64,000 bases of DNA from a virus: IMG/VR virus record IMGVR_UViG_3300042558_005120, positions 32,001 to 96,000 of that record; one strand, written 5' to 3'. A model generated the notes under the pieces. The model worked only from the letters and a program-made list of their open reading frames with translations, was not told where the DNA came from and searched no databases. The position numbers and the translations under genes were made by a program. The stretch's first letter is position 1. Each line of letters starts with the position of its first letter. Positions 27,887 through 36,961 of the stretch are shown piece after piece.

Positions 27887-28798
27887 TTATTTTCTTATTT
27901 TATTAATATCCTCTACAAATACTTTAATTGCCTCTTCTGGGTCAAATATACTGAACTGTGGCGCTTGGTTAACTTCTAAAACATACCATTCACCTGTATC
28001 TTTATTTTGTACTAGATCAACACCAGACGTATAGAAACCCATAGAATCATGAGCACGTTTTGCTATATTCATTTCTTCAAATCCTAATGCTACTCTTTTG
28101 CCCGTTCCGCCTAATGAAATATTATTTCTAAATTCTCCGGCTTCTTGACTTGAGCGCTTAACTGTAAATACGTTTTTGTTTCCAATAAAGAAAACACGGT
28201 AATCACAGTCATTCGGAATAAACTCCTGAATTAACAAAACATCATTTTTTAATTTTCCTGCTACTCGTTTTAATTCGGTTTCATTCTTAACAATTGTAAC
28301 ACCTCTTCCTTGTGAGCCGTGTGCGGGTTTTAAGACAATTGGAAATTCATAGTTAGTAGAAACAAAATCAACATTGCAACTTGAGCCTGTGCAGGTATAT
28401 GTTTTAGGAATATTCACATTATTTTCAGATAGCACTTGTAGCTGTTTATATTTATTGCTAGTATATCTTGGTTGTCCGTAACAAAGAAGTGATATGTCCT
28501 TTTCTTTACAGTATTTTTCTACCAACAGAAAATTTTCATACGCATCTGTATCGGCACCATACGAATTAACCAATCCAATAAATACCAATGAATACTCATC
28601 TAATTTCGTTGTATTGTTGAATAGATGCCCATCAAAAAAGTGTATATTATCCAAACTTGAGAATTCTGAGTCGCTGATGTATTTTTTAGTTAACTTTTCT
28701 ACATTATACATCTTATCTTCCATATCACTACAGTCAAAGGAAAAATCTAAAAATAAAACAGGTTTACGTTTATCTAAAAAATCAAAATATGTAATCAT
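27887..28798 (-). CDS. RimK-like ATP-grasp ligase
   Basis: NK..QL..IPKT, FPIVLKPAHGSQGRGV, IQEFIP..DYRVF, FRNNISLGG, GVDL, VLEVNQAP; likely start is the ATG at 28798. Confidence 0.85.
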   Translation of the reverse strand: MITYFDFLDKRKPVLFLDFSFDCSDMEDKMYNVEKLTKKYISDSEFSSLDNIHFFDGHLFNNTTKLDEYSLVFIGLVNSYGADTDAYENFLLVEKYCKEKDISLLCYGQPRYTSNKYKQLQVLSENNVNIPKTYTCTGSSCNVDFVSTNYEFPIVLKPAHGSQGRGVTIVKNETELKRVAGKLKNDVLLIQEFIPNDCDYRVFFIGNKNVFTVKRSSQEAGEFRNNISLGGTGKRVALGFEEMNIAKRAHDSMGFYTSGVDLVQNKDTGEWYVLEVNQAPQFSIFDPEEAIKVFVEDINKIRK

Positions 28799-28815
28799 AT
28801 GTAAGTAATTATTTT

Positions 28816-28824
28816 TATATATCA
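28816..28824 (-). promoter_or_regulatory. Putative late promoter TGATATATA
   Basis: Exact motif copy. Confidence 0.55.
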
Positions 28825-28825
28825 A

Positions 28826-29350
28826 TTACCAAGGCTCATCGGATGTAAGACCTAATTGCTTATAAAAAAGCGATGGACCATAACACGCCCAGAACCCGGC
28901 CTTGTTTGGATCCATTTTTTTCTGTAAATCACATTGGTGTCTAGACCAAAAATTGGCTGCAGCACCAGGATCGCTATTTTTAATACTTAATCCAGAAGCA
29001 TCGCCCCATTCTATCTTCTTTGCAATTATATTGCCTTTCTCATCCACTTTTCCGCTGTTTCGATATACAACGAATTTTTTGTTTCCACCTCTGCTAGGCG
29101 TATCTAATTCAACTTGGCGGCCATCGTATATTGCCTTTTTTCCAACTTCTAAATTTTTTGCCATCCAGGCGGCTTTGTCATTAAGAATAATATTGCCTTC
29201 GTCCCAGTACTTTTTAGTCTCTTCAAAAAGGCTTTTGTATGCATCACTGCCTAAACGGTAAATGCTATTAGTAACGTCCAACCCATTGTCCATGTGGTAC
29301 TGGAACCCTTCACTAACCTGAAAGTCTTCAAATGTCTTTACGTATTTCAT
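28826..29350 (-). CDS. Leader-bearing conserved phage protein
   Basis: Leader MKYVKTFEDF; KKFVVY..WGD..NFWSRHQC..AGFWAC. Confidence 0.7.
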   Translation of the reverse strand: MKYVKTFEDFQVSEGFQYHMDNGLDVTNSIYRLGSDAYKSLFEETKKYWDEGNIILNDKAAWMAKNLEVGKKAIYDGRQVELDTPSRGGNKKFVVYRNSGKVDEKGNIIAKKIEWGDASGLSIKNSDPGAAANFWSRHQCDLQKKMDPNKAGFWACYGPSLFYKQLGLTSDEPW

Positions 29351-29711
29351 TCTTTAGTGCTTTTTCTATAGTTTTATCAACTCCCCATTCCGGTAAATCT
29401 GTATAGTCATCTTCACTCTTACCTTTTTCAAAACCACTATCTTCAATTTTTACCGCCATTCCTCGATATTTCTTTTCAAAATCTTTAAGTGATTTTTTCC
29501 CGGCACCATCAAAAAACTTTCCGTCGTCTTCTATAAAGTAATGCTGTATTGTAGGACTTGGTTTATATGTTTTGTCAAGAATCCCCCATAGTTGTGACTC
29601 GGGATGTAAGGCTTTGTACGTAGCTGCATATGCCCCACAATAACCATCAACCGTCCAAGCAAGAGTTCCTGAATTGTCTGTAAAACTTTCAAATGTCTTT
29701 ACGTATTTCAT
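29328..29711 (-). CDS. Leader-bearing protein with putative Cys-His-Asp triad (papain/transglutaminase-like)
   Basis: Leader MKYVKTFESF; GYCGAYA...QHYFI...FFDGAG. Confidence 0.55.
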   Translation of the reverse strand: MKYVKTFESFTDNSGTLAWTVDGYCGAYAATYKALHPESQLWGILDKTYKPSPTIQHYFIEDDGKFFDGAGKKSLKDFEKKYRGMAVKIEDSGFEKGKSEDDYTDLPEWGVDKTIEKALKNEIRKDI

Positions 29712-29718
29712 ATATTAT

Positions 29719-29928
29719 TTATTTTTTATATTCTGGAGATTTTACTTTTTTACCTTTGTCGGGACCACCTTCTCTCGGTATCATACCTTGTGCAATCAAT
29801 GAAGTTTTAACACCAAACGGAATATCCTTTCCGCTTTCATAATCCTTTTTATATTTATCAAGTGTTTCTTTTGCGTATGGCGAATCTTTTTCTTGTATAA
29901 AATATTCAAAGGATTTAATGTGTTGCAT
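29719..29928 (-). CDS. Leader-bearing small protein (69 aa)
   Basis: Leader MQHIKSFEYFIQE. Confidence 0.7.
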   Translation of the reverse strand: MQHIKSFEYFIQEKDSPYAKETLDKYKKDYESGKDIPFGVKTSLIAQGMIPREGGPDKGKKVKSPEYKK

Positions 29929-29941
29929 AAAAATAATTTAT

Positions 29942-30166
29942 TTAAAATTTAAGATTGCCACGTTCAACAGAATAGCCTTCCTTTGCTAAAATTGGTTCCA
30001 CTGCTGTTGCGATTGCATTACCTAACTCTGTAAACAATGCCATATCAAAATTAACCAGACCCAATCCAATGACTGCGTTTTTAATATTATACCTTGATAT
30101 AATCCTTTTTTCATTTATATCTTCTGATTCTGAAATCGAGAATTCTTCAAATTTTTTAATTTTCAT
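29942..30166 (-). CDS. Leader-bearing small protein (74 aa)
   Basis: Leader MKIKKFEEFSISE. Confidence 0.7.
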   Translation of the reverse strand: MKIKKFEEFSISESEDINEKRIISRYNIKNAVIGLGLVNFDMALFTELGNAIATAVEPILAKEGYSVERGNLKF

Positions 30167-30168
30167 TT

Positions 30169-30774
30169 TTATAAGTATTTTTTTAATTCATTATAATATT
30201 TATGTAAAACAGGTGGCATCATTGAGTCAAATGTAGATTTATCATCAGCAGAAATTGCATTTCTAACTGCTGTTCCACTTGCGCCATCTTCATCTCTATT
30301 ATTTACTGACTTGACCATGAATTCCTCGGGTATGGAAATTCCATATTTTTCTTGAAACTGTTTAGCTCTCAGGATTTGCTTTTCATAATCAGATAAACGA
30401 TCTGAACCACACGCCATTCCAATGGGCTCGAAGCCGTCTCGCCTAATGAAATCTACCACGTTTGAAACAAAATTAGGATGCTCTCTGTCTGTCTTATAAA
30501 TTATAAAATCAGCAATAAATGATCTATACTCCTTTGCGATATCTTTTCCTATTTTTGCTAAAAGCTGCTCTGGAAAAGGAGACTTACTGTTTTGTGAAAG
30601 TATTTGAACCGGAATAACCTTTGCGCCAAAAACTTCAGACGCTCTTTTGATTGAACCTAAGTGCCCATTGTGAAAAGGTTGAAATCTACCAGGGAAGTAA
30701 ATTATCCTTTCTGAATTTGCTTCATATATTTGCGATTCGGCAAGAAATTCTAAAAATGAGTTAACGTATTTCAT
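30169..30774 (-). CDS. Leader-bearing HIGH-family nucleotidyltransferase (cytidyltransferase/NMNAT-like)
   Basis: Leader MKYVNSFLEFLAE; PGRFQPFHNGH, GSDR, SGTAVR. Confidence 0.85.
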   Translation of the reverse strand: MKYVNSFLEFLAESQIYEANSERIIYFPGRFQPFHNGHLGSIKRASEVFGAKVIPVQILSQNSKSPFPEQLLAKIGKDIAKEYRSFIADFIIYKTDREHPNFVSNVVDFIRRDGFEPIGMACGSDRLSDYEKQILRAKQFQEKYGISIPEEFMVKSVNNRDEDGASGTAVRNAISADDKSTFDSMMPPVLHKYYNELKKYL

Positions 30775-30783
30775 TTGAATTTT

Positions 30784-31698
30784 TTATTTAATATCCCAGT
30801 TTACTGGAGTATAGGCATTGATTTTTGCTAAAACATTATCAGCAATTTGCTCGGCCGCAATTGTTGGTTTGCCTGCTCTTTTTACATAAACGTAAAAAGA
30901 CTCAGTTAGCATTACGGTTTTACCTTTTTTATGTCGAGACACAACTCCAATTTCGGCTGGAATAGTTTGTTGTTTTGTTACCACTTCAGTATCAACTCCG
31001 GCCTGGACAAAAGTAAAGACAATATCGCCATTCATATATCTATTAATTTCTTCACCCATTGTAATAAGTTTTAGCATTGTTGCTGATGCACCTTCGTGGG
31101 TGCCAAATAAAATATTACCCGGAACAACCCGAGAACGACTAAGGTTTTGTTGCTGTGCTACTGAAATATGATTAATAACCCATACAATATGAATGTGGTC
31201 CGGGTCATATCCAAGTTCATTTGCAAATTGAGTAATCTCATTAAGTTTTTTGATGTTCTTTAAAGTAACATCAAAAATTAAATTAGGTTTTCGATCTGGA
31301 GCTGCTGCCAATACTGAAGCATACATTCTTTGCATCTTCTTTTCGTCTACGCCGTATTCATCACCAACCACTGCGTGTAACTGTGCAACATCTTCGGGTG
31401 TTTTGAGATTCATTTTTGTAATGTCTATTCCGGTTTCTGCTTTTGCTTTTGCCGCGAAATTCTTGCTTTTCATTGCGAGTGATTTCAGCTCATCAACATC
31501 AAACACCCAGCCGTCAAGACCAATTAAATTATCTTTAATAAATCCTTTTCCGCTACCAGCACCACCTGCCATAATTACAATATTGCCAAACGGCTGATAA
31601 GGTTTGTTGTTGAAAACTATCAGTTTTTCTAATAGTTCATCTTTTGAATTGGATTCCCTAATAAATTCAGTAAGGGATTTTAAGTACTTTAAACCCAT
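30784..31698 (-). CDS. Leader-bearing P-loop kinase (zeta-toxin/AAA_33-like)
   Basis: Leader MGLKYLKSLTEFIRE; MAGGAGSGKGF, FDVD, LIFDVT, RSRVVP. Confidence 0.75.
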   Translation of the reverse strand: MGLKYLKSLTEFIRESNSKDELLEKLIVFNNKPYQPFGNIVIMAGGAGSGKGFIKDNLIGLDGWVFDVDELKSLAMKSKNFAAKAKAETGIDITKMNLKTPEDVAQLHAVVGDEYGVDEKKMQRMYASVLAAAPDRKPNLIFDVTLKNIKKLNEITQFANELGYDPDHIHIVWVINHISVAQQQNLSRSRVVPGNILFGTHEGASATMLKLITMGEEINRYMNGDIVFTFVQAGVDTEVVTKQQTIPAEIGVVSRHKKGKTVMLTESFYVYVKRAGKPTIAAEQIADNVLAKINAYTPVNWDIK

Positions 31699-31712
31699 TT
31701 TAATAGTTTTTT

Positions 31713-32654
31713 TTATAAAGAAAGAAGCATATCAACAACCTCTTGTTGTGGAAACAAATCAACTTTTCCGGCTTGGACATTTGTATGTAACCATACGCCT
31801 GGGGTTTTATTACATAGTGCAACATCTACTTTGTCAAATGCGCTTATTCCATGTTTCTTGATTTGTTCAACAATACCTTTTCTTGGATCAATACCGTCAC
31901 GGTTAGCAACCCAAAGAATCCAATCCTTTAGGACGGCAATCTGTTTGTCAGAATATCTGTGCCAATGTTTGAATCCTCTAAATGCCTGTGCTAATTCAAC
32001 AATTTGTGATGGATGCGCTTCGGTTCCAACATAAGTATAATACGAATTTGGTTTTAGTGCAGTCCAAATATATTTTTTCTGAGCTGCATCGTATCTTTGA
32101 TATCCACCTTTTGTTAATTGTCCAAAATTACACACCTCAATACCCACACTTTCTCGGTGCATAGCATCGTTGCCCGTACCTAAGTGCCATCCGTATCCAC
32201 CTTGTGGGAACACCTGAATTAGTTCGCCGTCGTGCTTAGTATTATTTCCAAGAATACTTTGTCCGCCTAAAACAAATTCAGTGGCAACAGCACCTCGATT
32301 ATCATAGCCCCAAGTGGAAACCGCGCCGTTTGGATCGTGCCATCCTGCGGTGTGATGTAGAAATATCCAACGTTTATTTACAGGTCCTGGGAAAAATTCG
32401 CCTTTCGGTAAATAATTTTTTGCAAATGTTAAACCTGTGCTTGGTTCAGTAGTTTCGCTAATATCGGTTGTTGCGATTCCCATTGCAGCCCAAGTTTTTG
32501 GACCAACAATCCCATCATCTACTAAACCATTTGCCTTTTGCCATGCTTTAACAGCGGCTTCTGTTTTTGGACCGAAATCACCATCAGCAGAAATCTTTAA
32601 AAACTGCTGAAGCAAAACAACTGATGCTCCAGTTGAACCTTTTTTCAAAATCAT
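31713..32654 (-). CDS. Endolysin: peptidoglycan-binding domain plus N-acetylmuramoyl-L-alanine amidase
   Basis: LKKGSTG..DGDFGPKTEAAVKAWQ..DGIVGPKTW; LHHTAG, WHLG, VGIEVCN, H..K.D. Confidence 0.9.
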   Translation of the reverse strand: MILKKGSTGASVVLLQQFLKISADGDFGPKTEAAVKAWQKANGLVDDGIVGPKTWAAMGIATTDISETTEPSTGLTFAKNYLPKGEFFPGPVNKRWIFLHHTAGWHDPNGAVSTWGYDNRGAVATEFVLGGQSILGNNTKHDGELIQVFPQGGYGWHLGTGNDAMHRESVGIEVCNFGQLTKGGYQRYDAAQKKYIWTALKPNSYYTYVGTEAHPSQIVELAQAFRGFKHWHRYSDKQIAVLKDWILWVANRDGIDPRKGIVEQIKKHGISAFDKVDVALCNKTPGVWLHTNVQAGKVDLFPQQEVVDMLLSL

Positions 32655-32693
32655 ATTTTAAAAGTAATTATTTTTCGAAGTATATAATTATTT

Positions 32694-33998
32694 TTATTTA
32701 CTATATACGAGCATTCCTCTGAGTTGGTTAATGGGTGCAAATATCCCAGTATATTTATACTGCTTTCCTTTCCATACAAATGTAATACCTTCACTTGGTA
32801 CAATTGAATCCAAACCGCCAACAGCAGCAATTCTTTCCAATTCTCTATTTAGTTTTTCGATTTTTACAGTATCATTACTTGCTTGGATTTGTTTAATTGC
32901 ATTTTCAATTTCTTGGCGCATTGTTAAAGTTGCCTCGGTTGGATTTGCTGCTAAGAACGTATTGATATTTTTTAAAAACGTTGTTCCTACTTCTAAAAAC
33001 AAATATTCAACGGGTTTGATAATTTCCTTTTTTAATTTTGCCCCTTCTGTTTTTTCTAATTCGATATACCAATCTGCTGCGGTACCAAGATCTTTTTTGA
33101 TGTTTGGTACTTTATAACTTTTGTCATCGAAATAAAGTCTTTTAACTAAAAGGTCAACAAAATCCGGTAAAATTGTATGCCCAGCATCTTTAATCATTTT
33201 GCTGAGTTGCATTTTACCCATTGCTGCAACATAGTCGCCAAGAGTTGAATCCCATTTTATTCCGGCATTCTGAACAAGTTCATTTATTTTTCCAATAAAT
33301 TTTTTCTCTAACTCACCAGCATTTGGTAATGGAATTGACTCTATATTTTTAGGGCCACGGACATAGAATGTTGATTGGACATCTGCGTTTGCGGCTTTAA
33401 TAAGATTCCCTAATATATTTCCGGCTTCTTTGTCATTATCAATTGGCTCTCCAGCTTGATTGTAAGTTAGTATACCATGAAAAACTAACATATCCTGTCC
33501 ATAAGGAATTACGTTTTGTGTTCTGGGCGTAATTACTTCAACTGAACCAAATTTTTCTCCATTATTAAATAATAGAATTTTGTCTTCATCTCTTAGTTTG
33601 CTAATTGCGCCCGAAAGATCTTCCATTGCTGTTCTAAACGCAACTTCAATTTCACCTCGACCTTTAAACATTTCGACTATACCATTGATGTCTAAAGCTT
33701 TTTCTCCAAAATTTTTCAAATGCCCTTTATTTCTCGCTCCAATCAACTCCCCATCCTTCCAAGAGAACATTAAATTTTGCCCATCTGTTTTTTCCGTAAT
33801 AAAATTTTCTGGAGTAAAAAGACCATGGACGGTTGCAAGTATCATTTCCTTGAAATCTTCCATGGTCAATTCCATATCCTCAAAAGGATGATTGAGGTGC
33901 CCGTAGGCACCTCCTTCATTAAGTACGGATTCAAATATCCAAGAAGTATTGAATTGTAACTTCTCGTTAAGAAATTGTGTATATGATAGTAATGCCAT
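32694..33998 (-). CDS. Leader-bearing protein with RNA-ligase-like KxDG motif (DUF6267-like)
   Basis: Leader MALLSYTQFLNE; GHLNHPFED, TEKTDG, ARNK, EGITF..YKYTG.F. Confidence 0.6.
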   Translation of the reverse strand: MALLSYTQFLNEKLQFNTSWIFESVLNEGGAYGHLNHPFEDMELTMEDFKEMILATVHGLFTPENFITEKTDGQNLMFSWKDGELIGARNKGHLKNFGEKALDINGIVEMFKGRGEIEVAFRTAMEDLSGAISKLRDEDKILLFNNGEKFGSVEVITPRTQNVIPYGQDMLVFHGILTYNQAGEPIDNDKEAGNILGNLIKAANADVQSTFYVRGPKNIESIPLPNAGELEKKFIGKINELVQNAGIKWDSTLGDYVAAMGKMQLSKMIKDAGHTILPDFVDLLVKRLYFDDKSYKVPNIKKDLGTAADWYIELEKTEGAKLKKEIIKPVEYLFLEVGTTFLKNINTFLAANPTEATLTMRQEIENAIKQIQASNDTVKIEKLNRELERIAAVGGLDSIVPSEGITFVWKGKQYKYTGIFAPINQLRGMLVYSK

Positions 33999-34004
33999 TA
34001 TTTA

Positions 34005-35015
34005 TTATCCTTTATTTAACCTACCAATTGCAGAACCCCAATCGCCTGATTTCTCAGCATCCTTTGCAAGGCCGTCAATTACTTTATTAGCAATTTCTTC
34101 ATCGAAATTATCCGGGTGTTGTTTCTTTAGGATTTTCATTGCATATTCACGGAAATCTTCTTTGTTTTCGATTGTTCCTTTGCCTGCACGGTCCTGAGCT
34201 TTTTTCGCATCTTTGATAGCACCCTTTGATTCAGCTTCAGCATCCTTTGCCTTTTGTTCAGCATCTTTTGCCGCAGTTTCCGCCTTTTTGACTTTTGATT
34301 CTAATTCTTTAGTTTCGTCTTTAATCATTTTTTTGATGTCTGCTTTGTTGATTTCAGCTTCGCTAACTTCGTTTTGGAAAACTGGGTAAACCTTTCCGTT
34401 AAATTCGAATTCATCTAATCCTTCTTCGATTGCTTTTGCTCTTGCAGCCATCCAAGCGTTACCTTCGTTTAAAACAGTAAACTTAGTTCTATATTTTAGA
34501 AACGACATTATTTCACCGTATGATGTAGATTCTGGGTGTGAAGGTTTTCCAGTAGAATCTATGGTTCCTTTTTTCGTGTCAACGGTAATTGTAAAGCTTC
34601 CAGATTTAGGTTTAATCGTTAAGATATCCCCGGTCACATTAACAGCCATATATTTACCTTTCAAAAATGTAGCAAAATGACTTTGATTTTTATTTAAAAA
34701 GTCTTTAAGTTCATCAGGATGAGTCATTAAAATTTCTTCATTTAGATATAAATTATAATTGAAATTTCCTTCGGAGACACCAAATTCTTTTACATCCTTT
34801 TTACCGGACTCGCTTGCACCTTGGCCTTTCTCCCAGTCTTTGGTAATTTCGCTAAAGAATTCTGATTTTTTGTCAGCTGACAAATCAGCAGGAGATTCAA
34901 CTCCATATTTTTTCAGTTTTGCAGAAAAGTATTCTTGATAGCTTTGTTGCAATTTTGATAGTTCACGCTTTTCAGCTTCGCGGACAGCATCTGCCCATTC
35001 TGAGATTTTTTTCAT
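34005..35015 (-). CDS. Charged helical hypothetical protein, probable head-internal/scaffold-like
   Basis: Several internal LNE/QNE sites and an A/K/E-rich coiled coil. Confidence 0.55.
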   Translation of the reverse strand: MKKISEWADAVREAEKRELSKLQQSYQEYFSAKLKKYGVESPADLSADKKSEFFSEITKDWEKGQGASESGKKDVKEFGVSEGNFNYNLYLNEEILMTHPDELKDFLNKNQSHFATFLKGKYMAVNVTGDILTIKPKSGSFTITVDTKKGTIDSTGKPSHPESTSYGEIMSFLKYRTKFTVLNEGNAWMAARAKAIEEGLDEFEFNGKVYPVFQNEVSEAEINKADIKKMIKDETKELESKVKKAETAAKDAEQKAKDAEAESKGAIKDAKKAQDRAGKGTIENKEDFREYAMKILKKQHPDNFDEEIANKVIDGLAKDAEKSGDWGSAIGRLNKG

Positions 35016-35035
35016 TTTTTATTGATTTTTATTTT

Positions 35036-35413
35036 TTACATTTTCATACCATATTGGTTAAATCCGCCAAAATGGCCATTTACCATATCACTAACTTTTT
35101 TATTAACGGCTTTTACTTTACGTTCAGATGCTTTTGCGAGACGTTCAATAATATCACTGTCAATTCGCATTCTTTTGTCCAAACAGTAAACAATAGTAGA
35201 AACGCATTTGTTAACAGTATCAATTTTATCGTCCCCCATTCCTTTCATAAACTCATCGTATAGACTTCTTCTAAGCGGCTCAAGGGTTTCATCGGAAAAG
35301 TTAACTGAAACTTTAATATCTGAGATGTTATCTGTCTTCATAATACTTCCGGCGTTTGTTAATCCTTTTTTGCCTTCAATTAGAAAATCAGTATATGTCA
35401 TAATCCATCTCAT
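35036..35413 (-). CDS. Leader-bearing hypothetical protein (125 aa)
   Basis: Leader MRWIMTYTDFLIE. Confidence 0.7.
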   Translation of the reverse strand: MRWIMTYTDFLIEGKKGLTNAGSIMKTDNISDIKVSVNFSDETLEPLRRSLYDEFMKGMGDDKIDTVNKCVSTIVYCLDKRMRIDSDIIERLAKASERKVKAVNKKVSDMVNGHFGGFNQYGMKM

Positions 35414-35433
35414 TCAATATATATTCTTTTTTA

Positions 35434-36960
35434 TTAAGTAATATTTACATTATATATCTTATATGGAAAGCCTTGTTCTTGATAAACTTTAATTCTTTCA
35501 TCGCTATGGCGAATTAAATAGTTTTTGTTTTTCCATTTTTCACCTGTTGAGAAATCATCAACAAAGTCAATAATGTTAACTTTCTCTTTGCCTTCAAAAA
35601 GGCGAAGTCCGCGGCCTATTGATTGACGGATGATTTTTTCACTTTTGTATGACTCAACAAAAAAGATATTATAAATGTTATTAATTGAAATACCAGTTGA
35701 AAAGGTATTAAAACTTGCCACGAGAATTTTGTTCTCGCCAACCTTCATATTTTCAATATAGTCATCTCGCAGATTAATTGAAGTACCACCATCAACATAG
35801 TATACATTCTTATCAGTAGTTGATTCTCTAAGATAATCGTAAATCCTGCGGCCATAAGAGTCTTTAACATTTTGAAAAAGAACTAATGTGTTTTTTGTTG
35901 TTTTTGCAATAAAGTCACAAACAAATTTAAATCGAGCTTGGTTTTCAACTACCAATCGCTTTTCAATTTCCAACATTTTTGTGCCGTCGACTTCTTCTTT
36001 TCTGCTTCGTAAGTCCTCGAGTTTCATTCGCATCTCATCGTTTAAGTATTGCATTTTGACAACTTTAATAGCGACCGGAGTTGCGTACTTGTTTTCAATC
36101 AAAAAAGACGCCGGGATATTATTAACGAGAGGACCCAGATAAGCTTGAATTGTTAATGCCTCGGTTGAACCATTTTGTAAAAGTGTTCCACTAAGACCAA
36201 ATGTATATCGAGCATTTTTACATTTCGATAAGATGTCTTTAATGCTCTTTGCTTGTGTATGGTGTGCTTCGTCAACGCAGACACTGTTGATGGATTCGTA
36301 AAATTCAGTATCTAATTTAATGAGTGATTGATATGTTCCAATAATGAAATTTGGATTTTTTACTTTACGGTCACTTCCGCCGTATATCATTTGCCGAACA
36401 AAATCAATTTTATCTTGGTTGTAAAATTCAAAGTCTTCAATAGTTTGAAGAACCAAGTTTGTGTTTGGAACAATCATTAGGAATTTCTCAATGAGTCCTT
36501 TTGTGTAAAGATACCCAAAGATCATAAATATAATTAAAGTCTTTCCCGCTGATGTTGCAATCTCACTAATACTTTTTCGGTATTTAATAATTGGAATGCA
36601 AGCATCTATCTGATAGACCCTGGGAACCAATTTTGGATGGTCACTGAAAAATTCTGCAACCCAAGTTCGAAAATCTTCTTCATCAAATTCATAGTCAATG
36701 ATTTTATCAAGACCACTGAACTCAATTTGAAATTTATATTTTTCACAAAGTTGAGTGAGTTCACTCCAAAGACCAACGGGTAGTCGGTTAGTCTTATCAA
36801 TAAATGAGATGTAGCCATCCCATAATCCTTTTTTTACTAATGGATGGAATCTCCAATTGCTAATTCTTTTATTAAATGAATGTCGGATTTGTTCGAGCTC
36901 TTCATTCGTAAAATCTATGAGTTGTAAGAAATTTAAACCTTTAACTTCAGCAGTAACCAC
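35434..36960 (-). CDS. uvsW: UvsW-like SF2 DNA helicase
   Basis: WDG, PRVYQ, ATSAGKT, DEAH, GLSGT, STGISI, QSIGRGLR; likely start is the GTG at 36960. Confidence 0.92.
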   Translation of the reverse strand: MVTAEVKGLNFLQLIDFTNEELEQIRHSFNKRISNWRFHPLVKKGLWDGYISFIDKTNRLPVGLWSELTQLCEKYKFQIEFSGLDKIIDYEFDEEDFRTWVAEFFSDHPKLVPRVYQIDACIPIIKYRKSISEIATSAGKTLIIFMIFGYLYTKGLIEKFLMIVPNTNLVLQTIEDFEFYNQDKIDFVRQMIYGGSDRKVKNPNFIIGTYQSLIKLDTEFYESINSVCVDEAHHTQAKSIKDILSKCKNARYTFGLSGTLLQNGSTEALTIQAYLGPLVNNIPASFLIENKYATPVAIKVVKMQYLNDEMRMKLEDLRSRKEEVDGTKMLEIEKRLVVENQARFKFVCDFIAKTTKNTLVLFQNVKDSYGRRIYDYLRESTTDKNVYYVDGGTSINLRDDYIENMKVGENKILVASFNTFSTGISINNIYNIFFVESYKSEKIIRQSIGRGLRLFEGKEKVNIIDFVDDFSTGEKWKNKNYLIRHSDERIKVYQEQGFPYKIYNVNIT

Positions 36961-36961
36961 G

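Noticed and set aside
26143-29711. Leader repeats interpreted as a CRISPR array or integron attC sites
   Set aside because: The repeats are coding, non-palindromic and separated by whole genes; no cas or integrase genes are seen in the window.
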